Notes under the pieces: model-generated
Databases searched by the model: none
Told to the model about the DNA's origin: nothing
Seen by the model: the letters and a program-made list of their open reading frames with translations, nothing else
Part shown: positions 10,021 to 21,592 of the stretch, one piece after another
Layout of the letters: each line of letters opens with the position of its first letter
How positions within the stretch are numbered: the first letter of the stretch is position 1
NCBI RefSeq assembly: GCF_021869535.1
Contig: NW_026262679.1
Location: 15,438,001 to 15,502,000 of the forward strand
DNA: 64,000 nt
Source: Mytilus californianus
Lineage: Eukaryota
Direction of reading: 5' to 3'
Program-made: the position numbers and the translations under genes

Positions 10021-13000
10021 CTTTTGGGTATGGTGTTATCTGTCTTTTTTTCAACCTTTAGTTTTGGATTGTCCCCTCGGTATCTTCTCTCCCTTTAAAC
10101 ACGTAATGTCTCAGGAACTGCTCTAATTATTAAACATGTCCAATATAACCTTGCTTCAGAAGGGCACATGAACATGTGGCAGGGTTAAAATAATTTAAGA
10201 TCTCAGATCCCCCTCACTAAATCGCGATCGGTGGAATAGCAATATGTTTACTCAAGAACGTATAATAAAAATCAGTATAATTACGATAGAATCAGAGAAA
10301 ACAAACATACAAGTGAAAAAACAACAATAAACAATATCATATCAAAGATTGCTGGTTAAAAGTGAAATCCAGCTCAAAATATATGACCTGTTGTTACGCT
10401 TTCTAGCAGCATTATACTCTAATATCGGCGACTGTACCTCATTGTCTGATTTCATAAGGCAATGTCATAAACAAGCGACCATGCGCAATATCCAGAATAC
10501 TTTTTACAAAATTTCAGTGCAGAAAAGACACACATTTTAGTCTTGCATTAAACTGTAGATTGGCGAATGATGTAGATATCTAATAAATAAACCAACCGGA
10601 ATGATTCAATAACAACAGTATATTTTATACTTATAACCTTTATCAATAAGCCTACATTCTGAACATTTCATCAAAGCAGATAAATACTCCCAAACAATTA
10701 CCTCTGATAATAGAAAGGCTGAACAGTGAAATATTATAATATCGAATTTGGAAATTTTGAGATGAAACTTGTCAGATTACATATGATCCCGACCTTCTTC
10801 CATGGCCCTACTATACATTAAATTTGAAAATATCAGAGGATTTCGTTGAACGTAGATTTGGTATTTACCAATCGTTTTTAAATTTAGCAGTTCAATACTT
10901 ATCTATTGAAAGTACTATGAAACTTAATAGCCATATAAAGCATAGTATTTCAACACACAGTGATGAAAAAATGTTGTACTTTGCACAGCGTGACAACGAG
11001 TCTTATGGTTATATAACTGTCAAAAGAAATGCACCACTTCAATATTCGTCCCTACAATAGAGGTATTTTATCAAACACATCATTATTATAAAAGAAATAT
11101 CATTCAATTAAAACATCTGATCAAGGTAAGACAATTTAAAAAGCGTAACTCTATAATTCACAAATATCATTTAATATTTTTTTGATAAACTTTGTTTAGT
11201 TTCTAGTTTTATAAATAAAAAGAAAATACAAGTAGCCAAATCATCAAGACGAATAAGAGAAAGACATTTAATATACAGATGATTGTTCTTGTATAGATGC
11301 ATGAGTTTATAAATATTTTGAAACTTCATAAGTTTTCCAAACGTTTATTTATATATCAAGTAATACTTCTGTTGGTATTTTAAATGACCATATGTATTTG
11401 GGTATTATTCTTATGTACTGTTTGGTCATATACCTCTTCGAGTGTTTCGGTTCTTATACATTGGCTTTCATTTTTAGCTTTGCACGTTCCTGATGAAGAT
11501 AAATCCAGAAATGCTCTTCGAAAAATATACACCATTGTTTATAAAGTGTTATTTTCATGTCTTTTAATCCAAAGATTTTGAAAAGTTATAATCTGGTCTT
11601 ACATTAAGCATCACGATTTCGATAAAGAGAACAAAACATATCTATAAATAAAGATAAGTATGATACCTTAATACTTACGGTTGTCACTATAATGTAACAG
11701 GAACTGCTGACAATGGTGTTCTCCATATTTCTTCGACTCCTGGATTTTGCATTGCTCTTTTGATATCTTCTTTTTAAGCTAATAAGACCTGTTATAGAGT
11801 TCGTGATTATTCTGTAAGGATTTGATTACAATTACCATTAACTCTTCTTGTAAACGGGAAATGGTAAATGTCTTACCAGACTTCAATCTGATAATACTTA
11901 TAGATCTACTACCGCTTATATTGAATCTACTACATCAAATATTCATTACTTTCAGATTTAAATGTCGGCTTCTATTAATTCTTTTCGTTGTTCTCTTTCT
12001 ATGCATGGTAATATGGTTCCTGAATTATCATTGGCGCGATGACTTTCAGTCTTACATGTTTTCAGCTTGCTCAATAATGTCGATAGGTCAGACTTTTGAT
12101 GTCGAGGAGCATGCATCGACTTTTTTTATTGATATCTCTAAAATGTTGAATTTAGAAATTATTTTTCTTTGTGTTTTTTTCTTTCTTTTTTTGGGAGGGG
12201 TGGGGAGAGGGGGGGGGGGGGGGGGGTGGGGGGTATTTTTGCTGTTGGTTTAGGTCACTGTCACATTGAACGTACACACCACATAGTCCTTCATTTATAT
12301 TGTCAATGGTTAACAGTTTCAATCATTATATTCTCGATAATTAGATTCTCGAAAATGTGTAAACATACTACTCGTATAGGTTTTTAAGTATGAATTCCGC
12401 AAACTTTAATAAAGTTGAACATGATCTACTCTCACAGTGTGTTAAGGTAATATTGAAGGTTTATTGACAACTTAAACAACGCATTACATAATTTATCAAT
12501 AGACCTGCACTACTTACAAATATAAATCTTTACAATTTAGGCATGTAATCAATACATATCATTAATAATGAAAGAAATCTCAATTAAATCAGTTATCTGA
12601 AAATCAAGGTAAGATGTCTTAAACTTTCAATATTTACGAAATCTAGAAATACAAGTTATATTTGACGTATTTAATAAAAAAAATTAAACTGTTTTTATAT
12701 ATTGAAGCAAAATACGATCTGTTGCTATATCCTCTCAGGTTTATGACATATTTATCAAATGTATGAATATGGTATATTAATTCAAACACAACATGGTTGA
12801 TATATTAGTCATGGAAAACCATGGTTTGTTTATTGTTGAAATTGAGCCTTGAACTAGGTTTTAGTAATTGCGAGTACTCTTAGATCGGCACTTTTTGTCT
12901 GTTGTCTTTATTCGTTAGTTGTTTTTGTGCTAAGTACTATTCTGATGATTTAAGCCCTTGCCAACAAACAACATTTTTAGTTTGTTTTTATGTCGTGTTG

Positions 13001-13693
13001 TTAAACCACTGTCTCATTTGAAGGGGTTGAACGTCTACAAAAACGTTTACCCGCCAGTGTTTTTCGTTGGTTGCTGTCTGTCATAACTGTGATTATTGTT
13101 TTAGCATACATCTGACTGTTAGTTTTCGCTTTTGAAGGTTGACATTTGGCATACCTGTTATTATAGCTTACTGTGATACGTTATTGGTTTTGATCATGCT
13201 TGTTGAATGCCGTACAATGACATTTAGTTGTTTACATCTTCGTCCTTTGGTCTCTTGTGAATAGTTGCCACATCTCATAATATTTACATAAAAGATCACA
13301 AGAGACGAAATAGACATACAATGGTGTTCATGTCAGGTCTCTATAAAAATAAGGAGATGTGATATGATCGTCAATGAGACAACTATCTGATTGTTTCTTT
13401 CTGTATAATTCATTTACAACTTCTGTGCCTTTTTTATGTGCGGATTTAGGTTGTTTTATGTATTCGTTTTTATTCTGTAGTTAGTCACCACATCGGTGTT
13501 AACATGTATATCTATTATATAGTCATTTTTATAAATTTACTGTTTGCAAAAGTATGAATTATTCTAAATACTAAGGATTTTCTTATCCCAGGCATATAAC
13601 CTTAGCCGTATTTGGCACAACTTTTTGGAACTTTTGGTCCTCAATGCTCTTCAACTTTGTACTTGTTTTGGCTTTCAAACTTTTTTGATCTGA

Positions 13694-13737
13694 GCGTCAC
13701 TGATGGGTCGTATGTAGACGAAACGCGCGTCTTGCGT
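13694..13737 (+). ncRNA. Degenerate type I hammerhead motif (GUC/GAC stem II family), probably inactive
   Basis: GCGUCA CUGAUGG GUC GUAUGUA GAC GAAA C GCGC G UC^UUGCGU; A9 changed to G and a mismatch next to the cleavage site in stem I. Confidence 0.7.
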
Positions 13738-14385
13738 ATTAAATTATAAGCCTGGTACCTTTTGATAGCTATTATTTGTGCGTGTCTCTGTCCTGTATGT
13801 TCTCCTATTTATTTGTATTGTAGTCCTGTCATATAATCTTGCCATTTCAATGTTATATTTAACATTGCCATAAAAGCGGGAGGTTTGGCTAGCCACAAAA
13901 CCAGGTTCAACCCACCATTTTTTCTTAAAATGTCCTGTACCAAGTTAGGAAAATGGCCATTGTTATATTATAGTTCGTTTCTGTGTGTGTTGCATTTTAG
14001 TGTTGAGTTTCTGTTGTGTCGTTGTTCTCCTCTTATATTTGATGTGTTTCCCTCAGTTTTAGTTTGTAACCCGGATTTGTTTTTTTCTCAATCGATTTAT
14101 GAATTTCGAATAGCAATATACTACTGTTGCCTTTATTTATCGACTCTTGATGATTTATAAAGAACATAAAGCGGTCGAGTTATTTAGCAACTGCAGTCGT
14201 AAGTATAGGACAGGACTTTCATTTTTCGGCACATGGCAAATTCGTACCGGAACCTGCAGAGGTTTAACGGCTGATGTTATATCCAAAATCCATGTACATT
14301 GCACTTGTTCTAATTTTTGAAATACAGTTTAGCATAAACATCTCATATAATTCCGTTTACATTTCAGTGACGGACATTAGATGAA

Positions 14386-17300
14386 ATGCCGAAGATCAAA
14401 GTTATATCATCTTTGGAAACATCAGAGAAAGTTGTAAAATCTCTTCTTTGTTTGGACAAACCTGTCATTGGAGTGAACTGTAAAGGTGCTGATTTAGGAC
14501 CACAGGGTAAATGTTGTTACTACTAGAAGGAAATCATACATATTAATGATCTAGGAAGTTCTTAAACGATCAGTCGAAGCGCTTGCAAAATGCATCTTGA
14601 TATCTCTACACAACATTTGTTAGTGATAGGTTCTGTTTTGGGACTTCATGAAACTCTTCATTTAAGTTTAATTCATGATGATGATGTTTAAATCAACATT
14701 TAATCGTTTCAGATAATATCTAAAATGTACAATAATCACCAAAATCTTGTAATATCATAGAAATAGGGAAAAAAAAACAGCACACTAATCAAATATACCA
14801 CATGTTTTTGTCTTCTGGTAGTAATAATAAGTGTATGTACCATTTATTTGTATCTTTCTTATAGGTAGGATAACGCAGGTAACAATTAGTACCTGTTATG
14901 ATGATGTTTACATCTTTGACGTTAGACGCCAACCTAACATAATTCTAGACGGAGCTATAATAAGACTTTTCCAATCCCGAGAACTAGTGAAGGTAAAATA
15001 AAGCAATAGCTTTCCATCTATAATAAAACGAATACTTGAAAAACAATAACGTAATTGCCTACAATTTCTACCTTTATCTTTAAACATGAAGAAGATACCA
15101 ATTGGATAATCAAAACCACAAGTCAAAGAAAACCAGACAACACCAGTCTCTTACAAAAAGAAAAGACAAACAGACAAACAAAGTCCACAAAACACAAACC
15201 AAAAATAAAAATTGAACATCACAAACCAAGACCAGGTATTCTAGAAGGATAAGCAGTTCCCTCTCTAACAGCGCCACCCGTCGTATTGCTCATGGAAAGT
15301 ACGTGGGACATATCCGTGGATCGACGGAGTCGGTCAACTAAATCACAATAGCGTCCGTTAAGTTTTCGAAGAGATATTGTAAAATGCTTGCTTCAATAGC
15401 TTAGTTGTATACGCATCAAACCTCTATCACAGAAACCATGATAAGAAAGGAAACGCACACGATTTGGTTTATTTCCTAGCTTAATTTGTTTGACACATAA
15501 AGTGGCAAGGATGTCCTAAGTGTTTTAAATGTATGTGTGTTTGTTTTTTTTTTTGTTTTAATTATTATTTCGATGCCTAGTATTGCGTTTTGCTAGTATT
15601 TACTGTTATTTTGCTTTGTTTTCATTTCGGGAATTTTTGTTTTGTTTTGTTTTTTTTCGGGGGCGGGGGGAGGGAGGTAGTGGTTTTATTTTTTTTTATT
15701 GTTTGCCACTGTGCGTATTTATTATTAGCTTGTTTTATTCCCTGTAATTGTGATCTAAAAGTGATTTGTTTATAGTCATTAATTCAAATTCCAATTGGAA
15801 CACATCGTTAGAAAACTGTTACTCAAACATATGTGTGCAAATTCAGGTTTCTAACTAATAATAATAATGCTCTTAATTGTTTTTTTCTTATTTTTTTTAA
15901 TGACCAGCTGGTTGTTGTAGCAATTTCTTTTGTTTCAAAAGATTTTCAGTAATTCATGTTATTTTCATATTTTATCCATATCACACAAATGTCGATTATT
16001 TCTATAAAGTAGAGGATTTGAGGTACTCTATATTGACTATATTTGGTGTATGAAATGCTTGTGTGGTGTACATGCCTGTCTGGTAGAGTTTATCTGACCA
16101 TGACCTCATGTTATTGGTCTACAGGTTGAAGTTAAGTTTTCTGGGTTAGGCCTGTTTCTCAGAAACTATAAGCAATATGTTAACTATATTTTAGTTTATG
16201 GAATGATTGTAAAACAAACATTTCTGTCTGACAGGGTTCATCTGACCTTGAACTGATTAACATGGATCGTTAAAAATGGTAATTTTATGTAATATTTGTA
16301 GTATAAACCTTTTCTTAAAGACTTTCAACATAAATTCAATCATGATCATTAAAGCAGGCAAGACATTCCAGCGTGCGCACTCATTTTTTATTATGCGTCA
16401 ATACTTATTCTGCCCTTTTCACTCCCACAGCCCATTATTGGTATTTTATTTTACAAATGCTTCATTTAATATGTGTTCCAATGTAATCTAATCTTATTCA
16501 TTCATGTTTCATGGCAATTTCCTTTTTCCTTTCAGGTCTTCCATGATTGCAAGGCAGACAGTTCTGCATTAAAGAAAATTTACGGTGTTGATATCAATAA
16601 TTATTTTGATATACAGGTATGAATTGCAAACCATAACAAATTCATGATATTAACTTAAATGATTCATCACAGGACAATTGCTCAAGGTGATTTGTTGTCC
16701 TTAAACAAATTTGTTGTGACCCAACCCAATGAAAAAAGAAAGAGAAAAAGAAAATTACTAGTATGAAATAAAAGCTTCAAAGACGCCATAAAGGTCTCGT
16801 ATGTCTTCCTAATGTATTTATAACCATTTTAATATTTTTCAACAAATTCAGTCGCCAAATTACAGATTTAAACAGACAACGATCGGGGCGGAAATAAACG
16901 GAATCGAATGAACAAACGAATTGGGAACAGTTGAGTCTGAAGGGTAGGCATACTTATCCAACTGCAATTTACTGCGTATGTATGTCACATAATGAAGTAG
17001 ATTATTGTCAGATTAATATCAGAATGACAGGTTTGATTCATGACATATTTAAATGTATCTATTGAGATGAGATATTCCAACACAGCACGGATAAACAAAT
17101 TCATGCATGGTGGTGACCAGAGAACGTTAGATTTGACCATTTCATGTGCTCTTCTTCATAACTGCAGTTTTTTTACTTAAGAGTATATCCTTTTAAGGAA
17201 ATCACTAGAATGAAAAGTAACCTCTAGAACATCTTGTTGACTGAGAAACATAAACTTCATAGGCGAAAGTTAGATAAATGATAAATCTTTAAGAAAAACA

Positions 17301-20022
17301 CAACGGACATGTTGTTTGAGATTTAGTAGGTAGAACCTCAAAAGACTCTTTGCATGCTCAGAAATATAACAAATAATCGTTATACATCTTATTCCATTTG
17401 TTAATATACTAATCACTGACATTTCCCCAATTTTGCAGACAAATTAGAACTTAGGTATCCGAATTTGCATTTGAGTGTTCAGTTAAATGTTCAAAATAAA
17501 TTTTACTATTTAACTGACTGTTTCTGTATATTGATGCGATGTTAATTGCATGTTACGGTCATGGTCTTTGTATCATGTGAAAGACTCTTATATTGTGAAG
17601 TTCGGACAATTACTACAGTACATGAAGAATATGTCAGTCATTCACCATGTGTTCCATCAGTTTATATGTTGCCATCAGTTTATATGTATGAATTCACTTT
17701 TTTGTTTACTCTTTTAAACGTAATGATATCTTAAATTGGCTTGTATTCGAAGGTATTTGTCAGTCTCTATTCTAAAACTAGTACAAAAACAACATTTTAT
17801 TTAGTATGCATAAATCAACTGAGTTATCTATAATTACTTTACAAAGTATACACTTGGTTTTAAAATGTAAGGTATATTTGCAGTTAGCATTTTCCACTAT
17901 ATTGGAACAACACGGCTTTCCACCAAGAAAAGTATCATTGTCGTATCTTTGTGATAGATTTGAAATTGATAGATTTACGGCAGATCGTGCACAACAGGTA
18001 TGTAAATTAGGGATACAGTAGTTTACCGATGTTCATATTAATCCTTTAAAAAGAGACAAGTCAAAGTAACAAACAAGTTCTGACGGACTCGCAAAAACTC
18101 CAAAAGGAGTGGGACTGGTAGCGTCGACAAGGTAATTGTCTACTGCTATGTATGCATCACCCGAGTCAACACATCATAATCGTTAAAATAACATATCAAA
18201 CGACTATTCAGGTATCTATAGATCTTAGACTGCGAAAACATGTAGCTAGTTAGAGACGTCTTATCAGTCAACCAATTCGTGATGGTGACCGTAAAACTTG
18301 TGTTGTGTCGGTTTCAGTCGTTCTTCCTCATAACTCTGTTGAATTAGTTTTGTGTTAGGCGCACACCTTGTTGATGAAGTCCGTATAGCAAGAACATGTA
18401 CTAACGTAACGGATTAATTGAAATAAGTAATCGTCATACGATGAAAAAAAGGTTTTAAACTTTTCTATTTCTTATTAAAAAATTAAAGTTTCTTTTATGT
18501 ATTAATGCCACTTTACATTTATTTGTGTTAAAATTAATTTTGTTTTGTTAATGATGGCGATAACAGTGACCTATGTGGCAATTGAACTTTGTGAATATAC
18601 TATACCCGATAGATTTTACACTATCATGCATTATCAGTTGCCGTTTTGTTGTCCGGGGGTGGGGGATGAGGGTGTACTTTTCACAAAAGCAAACTCTAGG
18701 CAAAGTTGGGTCTTAAATTGTCTTCTTTTCTTCCTAGGATTTTTTAAAATACAAAATAGTTTACGATGTATTTACGTTCCACTTTGATTTGACTCAGCAA
18801 CTGACAGACACTCATTGTATGTTACATGTAGGTAAGAAATGAAGCAAGATTTTTCTAATTTCTTTCAGTATATGTCACAACATCTGTTAAAAACAATTGT
18901 TCTGTAGTTCTTATGAAAGGTACTATATACAATATAGATCTCTTTAATGATTTTTATTTACTGTAAAATAGTTTTAAAGTAACAGAATTATTTTTAGATG
19001 AAAATGACCGACATCAATTATTGGGCATTAAGACCACTGACCAGTGAAATGATTGATGTATCTGCTGCTGATGTGTTACCTTTAATACCCGTGTACCACT
19101 GCCTGACACAGTAAGTTAGAAAAAAAAACTGCTATTCAAAATATATTGCAAGGTTAAAAACGTCAAACATAGGCCTAGTATATCCTTTATAATACGTTTT
19201 ACGAGATTAAGATAATGCAATAAGTATTAATTATATTAAATTAAGTTGATATTTTTAATCTTTAAATAGTTACAGTATGAATAGAATCAAGTGACCCCAA
19301 AGGATTGTTCCATAATGCCAAAAGTTATGTTAAAGTGTCAAAATAAAGTAAATGCAATAAATAACAAGGTCTGACGTAACAAATCCATATACAAAAACTA
19401 TTTTGACAATTTGATTTCAATTCAATCTGAAAAAGGACCGATAGACAGCAGATCAAGACGAGAATCGTTAAGATTAACAAAACAGATTCAATAAAAGAAC
19501 AACAAAGATTAACAAACAATCAATTATAACGATCTGCGTACAAATGAATAACAAAATCACTAAAACATAATTTATGAGCTGTTATAAAATCATAGAGTGA
19601 AATCGTTTGCTCCAATAAGAAAGGTGTATAATGAACAGATTCATTGGATTTCATGTTGCTACATCATTAGTTTAATAGTGCTATGATTTTTTTCTCAGCT
19701 TTGGTGTTATCCCTCATTTGATTTACGACGTTTAATTGCTATCCTTAGTATTTGTCTTTCTTTTTTAAACCCGTATGCAGCACTGACTCGTGATAATGCC
19801 TCTTTTTATACGTTTGTCTTGTTCATTAAAAATACTTTTTAAAATAAGCAGACATAAAAGTAAAACACATTCTATTTTCAATTGTGTACTTTCAGGGATT
19901 TATCTCCAGATATGTTCAGTTGGTTTGATTGTCAAAGTATCGATAGTAAATTTAATAACCCTAACAATGCCAAGAGATCAGTTCCAGTGTGTAAGAGATT
20001 GAAGAAGATAAAACATCCATGA
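14386..20022 (+). CDS. EXD1/Egalitarian-like 3'-5' exonuclease-domain protein (227 aa, 6 coding exons), predicted catalytically dead
   Basis: Exons 14386-14506, 14865-14992, 16536-16616, 17884-17997, 18998-19110, 19896-20022; all GT-AG with compatible phases; in-frame TGA just before the ATG. Motifs VIGVNCKGADLGPQGRIT, VYIFDV, KVFHDCKADSSAL..YFDIQ, WALRPLTSEMIDVSAADV match the EXD1-type DEDDy domain. Confidence 0.88.
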
Positions 20023-20081
20023 ATTGTGTTATGTTCAAAATTTTGCAGACCTGTAGATTTAGTGACAAAGAGACTCGAATT

Positions 20082-20460
20082 GAAATATTTCGGACAGTTT
20101 TATACTTTCTATTTTCGGACCAACCACAGATCATAAGAACTACGTCATCCAGACCCGAAGTGAAATATTTCGGACAGTTTTATACTTTCTATTTTCGGAA
20201 CAACCAAAGATCATAAGAACTGCATCATCCAGACCCTAAGTAAAATATTTCTATTTTCAGACCAATCACTGATTGATCATAAGAACTACATCATCCAGAC
20301 CCGAAGTGAAATATTCGGACAGTTTTATACTCTCTATTTTCGGACCAATCACAGATCATAAGAACAACGTCATCCATACCCGAAGTGAAATACTTCAGAC
20401 AGTTTTAGACTTTCTACATATTGGTAATAATCGCAAATCATAAGAACTACATCATCAATC
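20082..20460 (+). repeat. ~80-bp tandem repeat (about 5 degenerate copies) immediately after the stop codon, likely 3' UTR
   Basis: Unit gaaatatttcggacagttttatactttctattttcggaccaaccacagatcataagaactacgtcatccagacccgaagt at 20082 and 20162, then decaying. Confidence 0.9.
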
Positions 20461-21592
20461 AAAACATTTGACAATCAGTTTTGTCATTGTATTTTTAAAC
20501 TAGGAAACGGAACATTATGTGCTATAGTTTATTGTGCTTACTTTAAAAAGAAAAATTGTTTTTAATTTATTTCCTTTTTGCAATAAATGTTGAAAATAAA
20601 ATGTGTTTTTTTGTTCGTTTTGGACGATCTCAGAAGCGGGCACATATTGATATTTTAATTTCATTTGTTATGATATCTTTATATTGATAATTTTTTGTGT
20701 ATTATAGATTTACTTAACCTGTATTTCACCTGGTCAATAAAAATTATCCATTACCATCTAAGAATCAATGAAGAAACATAAATGGTCGAACAGCGTATCT
20801 GGTGCCGAAAATTAGTACTGTTAATGTTATTACTACCACTGGGGCGATATCTCTGCTAGTGGACTGTTAGTTCCTGAGGGTATCACAAACCCAATAACCA
20901 GTTCTTCGGTACCGATACGAAAATACGGATATTGTATTATTTAGATTTGTTAGAAAATTTCGAAATCATTTTAAAGTAAGGGATGTAACTCCCTCCTGTA
21001 CAACTCTGATTCCTGACCGAATTTAGCCTACTTTTGTTTGTTTTTGGTTATATCAGCGCTTCAACGTTTGTATTATATTTGGACCTTTAAAGATTTTGTC
21101 CTCGAGAATAACTGAAAAGACAATAATTGTCGAAATACGCATCTGCCGTAGAAAAATTGGTACTGTTCATGTAAATAACGTGATGCTCAAGCGAGGATAT
21201 ATTGGTTCTCCTCAACAAAACAAAGTAAACAAGACAGATACCAATCATGTAGCATACTGATAGGAGAAACTAGCACGGACACATACAATGAGTTTATCCT
21301 TAAATAAAGAACTGGATTCTAAAGCTTTGATTGCTTCAGGTAAAGTATTCTAGGCTTAAATAGTAACTTGGAAAAGAATAACAAGAAAAAAGATATATGA
21401 ACAATGCAAAAGTTCACAGCAAAACATATCTACAGTATACATATTCATTTTTAGAATACAGTCAACTGCAGTTGGGAAACTTTACCAACATCAATATATC
21501 TATCTCCAACTGTGTGTCAAATTTTTGCCGAAATTATTAAAAAAAATCATTGTATGATATGTGAGATTTTAAAATTTTGTAGTAAAATCATG

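Noticed and set aside
12195-12232. Poly-G tracts (also 15658-15677, 31712-31738, 33336-33353, 33870-33881) as functional G-quadruplexes
   Set aside because: Homopolymer runs are common in such genomes, error-prone in assembly, and not consistently placed relative to genes.
11660-12253. 143-aa hydrophobic ORF and a minus-strand donor near 11680
   Set aside because: No recognisable motif; other frames are full of stops; the ORF runs into poly-G.
21106-21150. Hammerhead-like motif
   Set aside because: Core reads CUGAAAA (G8 lost) and stems I and III are disrupted; relic only.
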